NCBI GenBank assembly: GCA_050273025.1
Contig: CP158635.1
Span: forward strand, 20,212,001-20,276,000
Direction of reading: 5' to 3'
Origin: Cenococcum geophilum
Taxonomy: Eukaryota
DNA length: 64,000 nucleotides
Shown piece after piece: positions 1-12,495 of this stretch (position 1 is its first letter; each line of letters starts with the position of its first letter). The notes beneath the pieces are model-generated. The model did not search any database and had not been told where the DNA came from. It saw only the letters and a list, made by a program, of their open reading frames with translations. The position numbers and the translations under genes are program-made.

Positions 1-750
1 TTTATATAGAAGGTTAAAGCCTACCTATAGTAGGAGGAAGAAGGCCCTAGCTAGCTATTAATACTCTACTAGGCCGTGCCGGCTATCGCGGACCGCCTAA
101 AGACTATAGACGCCTAAGCACGCGAGCTATAGGCGTCGTTTAACCGTATAGCCGAGTCCTAGTAGGCGCAGTCTTCGTAGCTTTAATTGCTTACATCTAG
201 CAGCCTTACCTTTCGGCTTAAGGTCCCTTTGGCATCTATATATTCGCGTCTAACGGCATACCTACTAATAGTACGTCTACCGACGGTATATCTACTAGTG
301 CCTCTATCTATTACGGAATTAAATTAGAATATATCGGCCTAGGTAAGCGCTATAGCTTCCCCTTCGCTAGCGCCGCCGCAGCTATAGCTATAGCTATAGC
401 CGTAGTAAGGGCCTAAGCCTAAGTAGCCGCCTAAGTAGCCGCCTGTATATTATATATGCTATATAATAAAGTCCGTATAGGCCCTTTGGCGCGAGTAGAC
501 TAAAGGGCTTAAAGGTAATCCTTTTATAGTAGCGCTAGATTCTAAATAGGGTAGTAGATAGCGGGCTAGCCGGCAGAACAAGCTCTAATAGTACTCCCTA
601 CAGCTTAAGGTTATTAAGGAGATTAGGTAGGTTGCGTAGGCCTAAAGGGTTAGCGAGAAAGCGGCTATATAGTAGGTTAATTAACAGCAGAAGTAGATAT
701 AGTGCTCGCTAGATTAGCTTTATAAACGGCTTTAAGCGGGTAAAAAAGCT
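1..750 (+). mobile_element. RIP-degenerate 3' end of a CryptonF-like (tyrosine recombinase) transposon ORF: GCR1_C domain
   Basis: ~440-750 reads, after reverting RIP stops, PPVY.MC...KSV.ALWREWT.GL.GNP...ALDSKWGSRWRA.RQN.LQWYSL.L.VIKEIR, the GCR1_C consensus found at the C-terminus of fungal Crypton proteins. The recombinase domain would lie left of the window. Confidence 0.7.
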
Positions 751-1779
751 TTAAAATAGTATATATATCTAACTTCTAAAGAGTCCTCTTAAAGCCTTTA
801 TCTATAGCCCCTTAGGGGCTTATTTTAGTGCGGTATAAGTTTAGTAGGGTACTTATATAATAGCGGCGCCTAATCTAAAATATAAATATCTCTATTAACC
901 TATAGCCAATTCTTACTATCCTAGTGCGAGTAGAGAGCCCTCGGATAGCTCTACGTATAGCGCTTAACAGGTATTAAGAGCGCGATGTTGCTACGGCGTT
1001 ACTAGCAATTAAAGATCGACCGTGGATATAGGGTAATATCTATATACTACTGAGCGCACGGGCCTCCTGCCTGCCAAATTATGACTTAGCGGCTGATTTA
1101 GCCATATAAATCGAACCGTAGATATACTATTAATGTTTACAACTAGCTTCTACCCCCCCCCCAGGCGAGCTTAGATTTTTTTTACGCCATTTAATTTCGC
1201 TTAATTACTACTAACTGTATATAGTAACCGTAGCGAAGCCGTATGCTTGGCTGTAAGAACCCCCTAATCCTGGCGAACTTAAAGCTATTCGCGATCGGCT
1301 TCCCTCCGCAGTATCGTAATCTTTATTAAATATCGTAAGGTTTCTACCCGTACTATATTCGTAATATAGCTCCGCAAATAGGCCTATATTAGCACGCCCT
1401 AATTAAGGATCTTCTTTAACTTAGAGTAACTTGAGCAGAGTGTGCCTTAGCTGCTAGTTATACACCCTAATTAATTACCGCGATTAAGAGGAACTTACGT
1501 ATATTTAGATCAACTTAGGCGCCTTTAAACAGTAAGGGGGGGCAGTTTTTACTAAGCAATCGGATACTCGTGGTAATATTAATGCGGCTAGATAAGAAGC
1601 CAACTCTCTTTAGCAATAAGATATAGTGGTTAATCTACAACACGTTTAATCTCGTAGTTAGCCGCTATATAATATTTTAAAAGCTCTACTTAGCTGGCTA
1701 AACAAGAAAGCGGGTAAGCCAATTAGATCCTCTATAGATAGAGCTTAAAGAGTAGCTTATATAAAGAAGTGTTTCTAGG

Positions 1780-2380
1780 TAGCCCTCAAACAAAGCGCTT
1801 ACAATCGCGATATATATTTCGCCATTATATTATAGTATACCGCCAATTAGCTTATATTTATAGATAAGTTAAGTATAAATTCAAAGACAGGTGTATAGAA
1901 GACTAGTTAGGCTCCCTCTAGTATTGCACCAATCCTATATACATTATACAATCGGGCTAAGAGGAGGCTTAATATATTACCTACGTATACAATTAACGGC
2001 GTGCTCGTAGCTTTAGTATATAAAGGCTTTAAGTTCTAGGTGGCAAATACTCTTCTACCACAGTATAATCGCTTTCCTGCTAAGCAATCTATAGTAGTTA
2101 TAGATAACGCCAGCTTCCATCATTTAGAAAGGATAAAGTCTCTCTTTAACGCCTTTAGCGTTAAGCTAGTATATTTACCTCCCTACTTACCCAACTTAAA
2201 TCCAATTAAGGAGTTTTTTAGTGAGCTAAAAGCCTTCATCTAGCGGGTATGGTTCGATTAGCTAGAGCATCTAGAAACCTTTAGCAATAGCTTTAAATCG
2301 TTCCTTCTTTAGTGTATAGATAAAGTAGGTAGCAAAGCTAAAAGCGCGAGAGGATATTTCCGCCATAGCGGGTATAATTA
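1780..2380 (+). pseudogene. Tc1-type DD34E (DDE_3) transposase, catalytic region, RIP-damaged
   Basis: Motifs LIFID(E)(S), ILP(A)YTI(D)G, VIDNASFHH and LPPY.P.LNPI(E)EFFSELK (the last two in ORF 2040-2243). Confidence 0.88.
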
Positions 2381-2579
2381 AGAAATTAATATAAAAGTCA
2401 AGATCAAGGTTTAAGATTAAGCCTTAGTAGTGTTCTTAATATACGCGATATTTTATAAATATATAGAGGAAGCGCAGGCTTTATTCTCTCACCTAGAGTA
2501 TATAATTTATATAAAAATTACTATTAAAATCTATCCTATAACTCTACAGTTAAAGCCTATAGAGCCTCACGCTTAATAT

Positions 2580-4300
2580 CTACTAACTAAAGTCCTCTAT
2601 ATCTTCAAACCTTCCCTTAAGCTAAGCACGGCGCTCATTTGCCCACTTCTTTAAATCCTTCCACAGGCGTCTTACGACACCTAATTTAACACTAGCTATA
2701 ATAAGTTCCTTTACAGGATCTACTCCATCAGATTTGTTATATAAAAGCTCTAAATCCCACCTTAAATCGCGTACGACTTCATATGCGGCTTTAATATCAG
2801 CCTCCCAGTCAAGATCACTAGCTACACTCTTCTTTTAATACTTAAAGAACTCCTCCAGATCCTTCGCGCGGTTAACACCCTATAGGCGGTATATTGGTAA
2901 TATAGGTAAGGACAATAAGGGCTGTTAACTTGCTAGTGTAGGAGTAGTTTACTAACCCAATATTAAGCCTGCAGAGCCAACATAAAAGTAATTAACTACG
3001 CCTAGAGTATTAACTATAGAGCTCTTACCTAAGGCAGATTGGCGTACTCTTCTACTACTTCTTACTCCTATTACCGCTCGCTTAGCAAGCCAAACGGCAA
3101 GTCTATAAGGTGGATTCTCAATATCTGCAATGCCTCGCTTAATACCAGTTACCCACTCCCATAAGTCCTTATCTATTAATTTAATATCTACCTAATTAAG
3201 TACGTAACACCAACTAGCGTTTAGGCAGTTCTTTTTACAGCGCTAATATCTTATAAGATTAATTCGCAAGCTCATTAAATTTATATTACTAGGCGTTATA
3301 CTAAGCTCAGAGCTCTGCGAAGGCGTTAGAAGTTCACTACAGAGTTAATTAATCATTAATGGGCGAGAACTACCTCCAGAACAAAAAGCGGCTAGTTAAT
3401 TTCTATCTAGAATATATATAATTAAGAGGTCAACAGTAAGAGCCTTAATTACGCCATATTTATCGGTATAGAGAGCCCACGCAATAAGTTGCGTATTAAC
3501 CTTCTACCACTAATCTGCAACTTTAGAATCTATATTAAACTTAACATTTAAAACGCCTGTCTACTGGGTATTTAGCTTTGCCTTAATCGGTTAAATCTTA
3601 ATATAAACACCTTGCTCTTAATAACGCAGCTCTCTTATACATATAGGGTGAACTTAAAGTCGCCAAAGATTATAGAATTAAAGGCTTGCACTAACAAGAG
3701 TTTTAGTAAACACTAGCTCCTTTAAATATCGAATTACTACGTTACAATTATAAGTAATAAAAACACCGCCACCAGCTCTTCCTATATTATTAATCTTACT
3801 CTCTTTACGCAGGCAAGGTAGCGGAGTTATATCTTCTTTATCCTCATCTACGTCTAGTAAAGCGGCCTAAACAACTACAGGAGCTCAAGGAGCTTAACTA
3901 GCAATTTAAGAGGCTATAGCTTAATATCACAGTGGTAATATATTTAACGGCAGGTAGGCAAGATTCTGTGTTAAATACAGTAACTCATACAGCGTTAATT
4001 AAGTTAATCGGCTAAGTTGACTTTAAGAAGCCTGCTAACTCTACAAGTAGTTACGCCACGCCCCCATATCATCCTCATCATCCTCATCTGCAGCTTCCAG
4101 ATTGTTTTCCATTTCTTAAAGCTCCTCCAATATAAAGCCCGGTTAAACAGTGTTATATTCATGTCTTAGCAACTGTTATAGGGTACCCTAGTAGAAGCTC
4201 CTTAAAGATATAGGGGTAGATGCAGGCGTATACAATAAGGAGGAAGGAAGGACAATCTATTAAGTTCGTTAAGAGGGAGGAGACACGCCCATTAATCAAG
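2580..4300 (-). pseudogene. Second, convergent ORF of unknown function carried inside the Tc1 element
   Basis: Minus strand reads ENNLEAADEDDEDDMGAW (~4060-4110), RCKKNC.NA.WCYV (~3200-3245), EWVTGI.RGIADIENPP and RAKDLEEFF.Y.KKSVASDLDWEADI.AAYEVVRDLRWDLE (~2745-2870). Boundaries approximate, with frameshifts or introns likely. Confidence 0.6.
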
Positions 4301-4596
4301 CCGCTATACGTTTCGTAGGAGGATTCATATCAAAGGTAGATTAACGATTAAACAACACGATTTTGAATTGATATTAAGACTCTGGTAAGTAAGGTAAGTA
4401 CTAAATAGCTTTAATTTAATTGCCCCTCGCAACCAGAAGGATCCTTACGTTCAGCCATACGGCTTCACTACGATTACTATGTACAGTTGGTGGCAATCAA
4501 GCAAAATTAAATGGCGTAAAAAAAATCTGAGCTCGCCTGGGGGGGGGGGGGTGGAAGCTGGTCGTAAACATCACTATATAATAATCGCGTGATATA

Positions 4597-6431
4597 ACGT
4601 ATTCCACAAGCGAAGTATCGACACAAGCGAGTTATCGACTTTTTGCGTACGCGACGCGACCAGATATTATTTCTTAAATAACTCAAAACACAATGCCTTT
4701 ATCGACTTTAGAAAAAGAGGGTAGATACCTATTAGCCCTAAACGTGTATCGCAATGGTCAATTTCGAACTATTAATGCTGCCGCAACCGCATATGATGTT
4801 AATTATTAAACTCTTATGGCCCGCAGTAAAGGCCGATTACCACGCGCTACTTACCCACCTAACGGTCGCAAACTTACAACTACGGAAGAGAAGACTTTGG
4901 AGGACTAGATATTATCCTTAGACGCATGTGGACTTCCTTCTCGCGTCCAAATAGTTAGCTATATGGCTAACCTGTTACTGGCCAGTCGCGGTATTACCCC
5001 CCCACTTACAGTCGGTTAAAACTGGACTGTAAACTATATCAATCGATATAATATATTAAAAACGGCCTACTTTTGGAAGTATAATAAGTAATGGGCGAAA
5101 TATAAAGATCTAATAACTATATCTAAGTGGTTTAACCGTGTATAGGCCGTAACGGCTTAGTACAGTATACTTTTAGAAGACACCTTTAACTTTAATAAAA
5201 CTAGATATATAATAGGTGTAATAGTAACCGTAAAAGTTGTTACGGGAACATTAACGCACCGTACTGTTTATATTCAGCCTAGAAATAGGGAGTAGATAAC
5301 TATAGTTAAATATATTTCTGCTATAGGATAGGCCCTTTTATCTATGCTTATTTTTGCTAGTAAAGTCCATCTTTCTACCTAGTATATAACTGATTTACCT
5401 TTTAGATAGACTATAGCACTTAGTAAAAATGGATGGACAAATAATAAGCTTAGATATTACTGGCTTACGGAGATTTTTAATCCGTATATACGCAACCGTA
5501 CAGTGGGCCGCTATTAACTGCTTATACTTAACGGCCATAGCAGTTATATTACATCTGAATTTAACCAGTACTGCCTTGATTACGATATTATACCCTTATA
5601 TATGCTGCCGTATTCGTTTTATCTATTATAGCCTCTAGATATAGGCTGTTTTGTAACCTTAAAACGGTTATACGGTCGCCTAATAGAGGACTATATACGG
5701 CTTGGCATTTACCACGTTAATAAGCTAGACTTTATTACGGCATATCTAACTGCTTACGCGGAAGCTTTAATAGCTAGTAATATATATAGTGGGTTCGCGG
5801 TAATAGGGTTAGTGCTATTTAACCCCAGTTAAGTACTCTTAAAGCTACAAATTCAGACAACTCCTCCTAGATTACCCCGGTTTACTTCCTCTATTTAGAC
5901 TCCAAAAACGCCCCGTAATACAGTGCAATTACAAAAACAAGTATCAGCGTTTAAAAGTTCAATTAATAGAGGTAGTTGAAGCCCTCCAAGTTCTGCAGAA
6001 TGTCTATTTTTATAAATAGTTAAGGGTTTTAAAATAATAATGTAAAATGCGGCTTTTTTACTAGAGGAAAATAAGCAGTTACGGGCCGTAAACGACCGTT
6101 AGAAAGCTAAAAGAGCCCGGAAACGTTGGTTTATATTACATTTAACTACTCTTACGGCTATAGAAGGCGTATAACTTGTTTAGCAAAGTAATATTCAAGA
6201 TACGGCTCCAGTAGTAGGGTTAAATAGTGTATGGCAAAGGGCTCCACCAAGATGTAGCTTATGTAGTTTATTACAACATAATACTCGTACATGTCCTAAA
6301 CGCCAGTAAATAAGCCTATATAGAAAATATTTATTTATTATTACGTTGTGGTGAAATATTATTATAAAATATCTTATGTATGCAAAAAGTCGATAACTCG
6401 CTTATATCGATACTTCGCTTATAGAATACGT
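4597..6431 (+). mobile_element. Complete Fot1/pogo DNA transposon, RIP-inactivated
   Basis: TIR acgtattccacaagcgaagtatcgacacaagcgagttatcgactttttgc and its inverse at 6380-6431. TA TSD at 4595-4596 and 6432-6433. Confidence 0.95.
4693..6309 (+). pseudogene. Fot1/pogo transposase (HTH_psq, HTH_Tnp_Tc5, DDE_1, C-terminal CCHC)
   Basis: ATG at 4693; motifs NF(DE)TG, IQP(G)NRE(W), (D)GHS(S)(H), QPLD.GCF; ends PRCSLCSLLQHNTRTCP. Many RIP stops. Confidence 0.9.
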
Positions 6432-6624
6432 TAGATTTACATAATTGATTACGTGATATATATTAACAATAGCTATTTATATCGTCGTTATTGTTGTCTT
6501 CTTCTTTAAGCAATAGTACTAGCACTACCATTACTACTACCACCGCTACTGCTGCCGCTCCTACTTCTGCTCCTACTTCTGCTCTTATTGCTACTGCCAC
6601 TACCGCCACTACTACCACTCTATA

Positions 6625-9600
6625 TTACAAAAGCAAAACTTCTAGATATATAATATTGTCCGTTTCTGTTTAATTTAGGAGAAGTAGTACTAAAATACTA
6701 TTTACGGTAGTAACCTAAGATAGTGTAATATAGAGCTAACCGTGTATAAAAACCGGTATCCATAAATTAACGCCTATAAAGGTAAAAGACTAACTCTATA
6801 ACTTATTTACGGTCATTATAAAAGATAAATAGATAGGAAACTACTGTTAATTAATAATAAACGGCAGCTCGCCTTCTATAGAAGATAGTATAATTCGCGG
6901 GATAACCCATAGCTGGTTAGTAAAGGTGCCGCTAAGAATACGGGCATTAAGATAGCGGCGGCCTATCTAGGTAAGAACTATGCGGGTACCGTTATAGAGA
7001 CCCTCTTTAGGATATAGGTTCTGTAAAAGGATTATTAGAGCGCTAACCTTAAGGCAAAGCTGTGTGGGAGGAAGGTATATAGGGTTAAAGCTTTGCAAAA
7101 GCTCTAGGGGGGGAGTATTTTTAGTATTTAGACTGTCCTATTCTATAGTATTTATAGAGTAAAAAATGGACTTAGGGCTATTAAGAGAGTAGAGAATAGT
7201 ATTATTAATAGCAGCAATGGTATTATTATAGATAGTTGGGATAGTACGGCCGTAGAATGTATAGAGATTAGTATACGCCTACTATAAAAGAGCGGGAGGG
7301 TAAATAAAGTGGATAAAAGGCTATAGATTAGTAAACTAGGCGATATTAATAGGCAACTAAATACGGCTAGTAAGAGTAGGGTTATAGGAAAGACTATAGA
7401 CCTAGGTAGTAAAGCGCTAATTTAGCTTGCCGTTTAAAACACGTATATTCTAGCGTAGCGATAGAATATAAAGAGAAGGCCATAAGAAGGACTGCTGTAA
7501 GTAGGCCGTAATAATATTAGTATAGGTCCCCTGTTTTATAATAGGGAAGATCTAAGTAAAATTACTACCTAAAATAATAGAAACGCCGCTAAAAAGAGCC
7601 TAGGTATTAGAACGGACGTCCGCAAGTATATAGTGCACGGCTTTAAAGTAGTAACGGTGCTATATTAGCACTTTATCCCAAATTATAAGGGCAGTAGAGC
7701 GCAGTAACTGCGCTAGCTAGGAGTCTTTAGGTACGTTATATATAGATTAATAGGAATGCGAAAACGGGAGTAGGTAGTTTAGCTACTAGGTAATAAAAGG
7801 GCAGCTATACCGGAAGAGGCGATATAGAGAATAATGCGGCTGTGGGAGCGGTAGTAGTAGTAGATATAGCGGTAAAGAAAGGTTTTACTAGTACCTGCGG
7901 GGCCCTATAGGAAAAAATGGGCGGTTTACGGGTCCATATCTATAGCGGTAGTAACTATAGTAAAGTAGGCAGCCTAGTTAGAATTTAGCTAGAAACGCAG
8001 CTCCGTAAAAAGGCGGCCTTTTTTAGTAGTGCTATAATTAAGCTTTATAGTAATAAGCGGGTTACTATTTATAAGGTCCTAGCGGTGCTATAATAAAGGT
8101 AAAAAGTAATCTATAAGAGTTTTACTATAGTTTATAAGTACCTACTAGATAAGATATAAGCCATAATCTAGATATATATTATTAATACTACCTAGAAGAT
8201 TAGGCTGACGCTCTAAAATATAAGGAAGATTATTATAGAGAGACGGCTTAAATTTCGCCTAAAGGGTAGGAGGGTCGCTTACGGGGCCGTAAACTAAAGT
8301 AGTTATAAAAAGAGACCGCACCTAGGCACTAGTAGCGAATATAGATACTTTCTATAGGCAGTTAACCCACTTACGGTTATTATTAAGGAGCCTTAAAGCT
8401 ACGCAAGCGGCTTAAAAGGTTAGGTAAATAGTGCTAGCGATAGTACGGAGGTGCTTAAAAGAGGTAGCGCTAGAAACGGCGATAAGTAGCAGCCGTAAAT
8501 AATACCGTTTGCTAGTAATGGGGCTGCAGTAATATATACGGCTAATAATAGTATCCTTTAGGCGGACGCGGCGCTGCTACTAGTATATTTTTATTATAAA
8601 AGTATATCTATAAGGGAAGTCCTAGTAAAGCGTAGCATAACTATTTATATTTTTGGAGTTATCTAAAACTAAGTAGTTAAAGTTAAATAAGCTATTTTAA
8701 GGCGCTATTATAGGTCCTTTATGGAGTTATCTAGCTAAAAATAAATGGGCTGCTAGCTAGAAAGGTATACGGCGAGCTATATTATAGGGGGGTATTCCTT
8801 ATAAACTAGGAACTTAAATAGCCGCTAGATAGCCTCTATAGGGCCAATATATCTGCCGTAAAGGTACCTACTAATTTCGTTATTATCGTTTAAGAGCTAT
8901 ACAGTTATTTAATTAATCCCCTTATAAATATACTTATAGATATACTTTACGGCCTATATAGAGGTATAGACCTCGACATTAATATAGGCCCTATACTTTA
9001 CGCTAATATAGGGATTATATAGTATAACCTAGCGGTTATTAAGGTTTATAGTAGCACTATTACCACCTAATATACAAATAGGCTACAACCATAAATTATT
9101 ATAGCGGTGATACTAAGGGTAACTATTATTATGTACGGCCGTTACGAGGTAGAGCGGCTTTGGAAATTGCTTTAAGTAGATTAGCGGATAGCCTAGAGCA
9201 CTAGCAACCATATAGGGGGTGTTTAGGTTATTAGCACCACAGGGCCTATAGACTATTATAGTCCGTATAATATCTATAAGCCGTCTAGTAGGGTTATCCT
9301 AAGGCCGTGGGAGCTCTATAGATACGTAATGGTTAATAACTGCGGGATCTATTAATATATCACAGTCCTCCGGATATAAAAAGAGAAAAAGGTAGAGATA
9401 TAGTAGGCACTATTTTTAATATTTAATAGTCTAAACGCAGCTAAGAAATCTACTAAAAATCTACTTTTTTTAAGGTTGTTTAAAAGGTGGATAACCTTTA
9501 TATAGAAGATACGGGCAACTAAATTAGGGCGGTTAATAGCGGTTTAGTAAGGTAAAAGCTTATAAGTAATTTTATCCTACCGTGGATTAGCCGTAAAAGT

Positions 9601-11314
9601 AATAAATAGGCTTAAACGGCCGTAATAGCGGACTATAGCTATAGAATCTTGGTAGTACTGGCTGATAAAGCGGGCGCTGCTAAGGTAGTTTAAAGGAAGA
9701 ATAATGCGGCGGCCGATAGAATTAGGGTTAATATCTCTATGGGAGATAGTATCTATAATACTGTTATATAGGTCTATATAGAGGTTAGGCTAGTAGGAAT
9801 AAATCTAATTAAGCTTATTCTAGTTATATAGGGCCTAGGCGTTAATAATATACTACTAAAATAGGCGCTAGAAGGCGAACGGTATAAATTTGGAGCTGTT
9901 ATAGATATAAAGATAGAATTAAAAGTAAGCTTACTAGGGAAGGTGGTTATACTAGCGGGTATGGGAATTACTATAGAGCTGTATACCCTAGTGCCAGCTA
10001 GGGTTGCTATAAGGAAAGAGTAGTATATAGTATAGCGGCATATAGGCGGTGTAGTTTAAGTTAATACGGTGGTACTACGGGGGCTCCCTAGGCCGGCTAT
10101 AGTTAGTAAGAATAATATCGTGGAAGCTAGCGCTTTTATGCTTATTAAGAATAATAACAGCAACCTTAGTAGCCGTAGGTAGATTTTTACAACGCTAATT
10201 AGTACCCGCCTTAACGATTAGCTATATTTATAGGTTTAGAATAATCTATAACAGAGTAGATATAGCTTACGCCTACGCCTAAAGCTATTTTATAGCGGTT
10301 TGGTATAAGGTAATAAAAAGATTACTAATCTTATATAGCATATTAGTAAGACGCCGTAAAACCTCCGCATTAAGCTGCGGATTAGTCTATAGACGGATAT
10401 TAATAGCGTAGGTAGGGTTATAAAAGTAAAGCTAAGTATATTAAGGTATAGCTTTAAAGGGAGGTTCTATAGGCCTAATAAGGTAGTATAGTTTGCTATA
10501 AATCTAGAAATAATTAATACCGGCTAAAGTAGCGCTATAGTTAGTAACGGTATAGTTAACGGAGGTAAAAGCTAAAGCTGCGTTATATAAATAGAGCTAG
10601 TCCTAAAATATACGGGTGAAGCGTTCCTAAGACTATAGTAGGGTCTATAAATACCGTGGCGGGGGTTTAAATAAAGGTAGGATAATATCGCCTTACTTAT
10701 AGCAGCTCTTAAAGCAAGGCTATTTAGCCTATATAAAACTAATCCGTTCATCTATCTAGTATAAAGCTTTGTAGTAATTGTAGGCTATATCTATAGGCCT
10801 AATATCTAACTAGTCCGTAATAGGTCAGACAGTAGTAATAGTGGCTATACTTATAGGCCTAATATCTAACTAGTCCGTAATAGGTCAGACAGTAGTAATA
10901 GCGGCTATATTTATAGGCCTAATATCTAACTAGTCCGTAATAGGGCGGACGATAATAGGTTACAGTAGGATTAATATAGGCGGTATAAGAAGGCGGGAAG
11001 TAGAGGGAGAAGTAGCGGTAGGAGTAGCGGTGGGGGTAGCGGCGGGGGCAGCGGCGGGGGCAGCGGCAGCTATAGTTTAGTTTATGGCCTGCGGAGGGTT
11101 TACTAAGGATTATTAGGACCGTACCCGTCCCTTTCTTTTATTCTATAAATATATAGAGTTAGATAAAAAGGTAGTAATATAAAAGAGAGTAAAAAAAAGA
11201 ATTAACCTTATAAGATTTATAGGTCTTATACGCAGCTCTAAGAAAATTCGTTGTAAAGTTAGCAGAAAGGCGATACTATATATAGGTAGCGCAAAATATA
11301 CAATTGGATGGCAT
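6625..11314 (-). mobile_element. Helitron Rep/helicase gene, RIP-inactivated
   Basis: Minus strand: MPSNC.FC start; Zn finger GPMD.AC.HCKALHW.DER...SCCKQG (~10690-10800); HUH motif WTIEYQK..LPHLHL (~9390-9440); Pif1 motifs QFPI.LSFAMTVNKSQ.QS and PVF.HGQLY.ALSRVT (~6710-6850); ends NIVYPEVL. Element termini not resolved. Confidence 0.9.
10783..10950. repeat. 60 bp tandem repeat, ~2.7 copies, in frame within the Helitron ORF
   Basis: tataggcctaatatctaactagtccgtaatagg recurs at a 60 bp period (lines 10801, 10861, 10921). Confidence 0.95.
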
Positions 11315-12034
11315 TTAGGTAGTAGGTAGTAACCGGAGTAGTAAATATAGTAGAGAGTAGTAAGTAAGAGTAGTAATAAGGGGTATAAAAAGGGTAGGAA
11401 AAAGGGTAGGATTTTTTGATGGGGTAGCACGTGACTAGGACTAATTTCTTTAACTAATCTAAAACCGTTAAGACCCTTGGAACAATGTAATATAGATTAA
11501 CTTTACTTATTGCGCGGATATAGACTATCTACATGCCCTATATATCTTACCCCCTATAGGGCCTTAATATTTTACCTCTTACGGCCTAGTAACTAGCTTT
11601 GTGTTTTTATTACAAAAATATAATTGTCTAGCTATAGTGTGTATAGAAGGCTTAATAAACCTTTAGTGGTAGAGTTGCATATAAGTAGGCTATGCGGCCA
11701 ATTTAGAAATTATATAAAGAATATTTAATATATAGATTAGTTAAATTAAGCTAAATATTAAGCCTCTTTACAGTTGTATATATGAGATTTGTGCCTAATA
11801 TACGTGAAATCTACATGCAATATGTATTTAAAAACCACTACATTTTGTATTTAAATTTAGCTCTATATATACTAAAAATCTACCTAATATATACGCAAAA
11901 TTTAATCTAAAATGCATTAATTTTAGATATATATTGTAGAGTGTAAAGACTACAGGAATCTAAGTTTAGACTTTTTATTTGTTTTGTAATAAATAAATTC
12001 GGTATAGGCATCTAATTTCGCCTGATTGCCACTA

Positions 12035-12495
12035 ACGTAGCTAACTAAGAAGCGAGCTACCCCACGTAGCGAACCATATAAGAATATTCCTACCATTTTT
12101 TATTTCATAGCAAATCACATCAAAATAAAAAAGCCCCAGCATATTATACGATACTAAATCAATCCTTGCCCTCTTGCGAAGCCGAGACTACTATACAAAA
12201 TATTATACAAGATCTTTCTTCTAGTGTTAAGCCGTTAATTTATAAGACCTCTAGCGCCTACGGAGCACCCAGATCTACCGTTAGATATTATCTTGCTAGC
12301 CGTCTCCTACGACACAAAGCTTACCTAGGTTTATTATATCCTATACAAGAACAGCAAATTATTAAATAGATCTACGAATGTTAATCCTAAGGCCTTCTAT
12401 TAAAGGTTAATATACTTTTAGAAATAGCTTATTTTCTTTTAGGAAAAGGCTAAACTATAAGCAAGCATTAGGGGCAAAGATTTATTTAACGCTAC
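12035..12495 (+). mobile_element. 5' fragment of a second pogo/Fot1-like transposon
   Basis: TA + acgtagct...agcgagct terminus. ORF 12166 has HTH-like SAYGAPRSTVR followed by L.P.QEQQIIK(W)I. Truncated by an LTR. Confidence 0.7.

Larger units (their letters stand above)
1128..4576 (+). mobile_element. Tc1/IS630-like DNA transposon with ~130 bp TIRs, RIP-inactivated
   Basis: Left end atgtttacaactagcttctac(C)n aggcgagcttagattttttttacgccatttaattt is the reverse complement of 4440-4576. A DDE_3 transposase lies inside. Confidence 0.9.
986..6470. mobile_element. Probable solo LTR (~200 bp) split by two DNA transposons
   Basis: Begins TGTTG at 986 and ends CAATA (RIP of CAACA) at ~6470. Pieces are 986-1127, 4577-4596 and 6432-6470. 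No matching TSD found. Confidence 0.4.

Noticed and set aside
6491..6673. Ser/Thr/Ala-rich 60-aa ORF
   Set aside because: Low-complexity RIPed sequence adjoining the Helitron stop codon; no independent support.
10783..10950. Possible CRISPR-like repeat array
   Set aside because: Contiguous 60 bp units without unique spacers, in frame within a Helitron ORF, in eukaryotic DNA.
11430..12030. Helitron 5' terminus or separate element in AT-rich DNA
   Set aside because: No clear A|TC junction, TIR or TSD could be fixed by eye.
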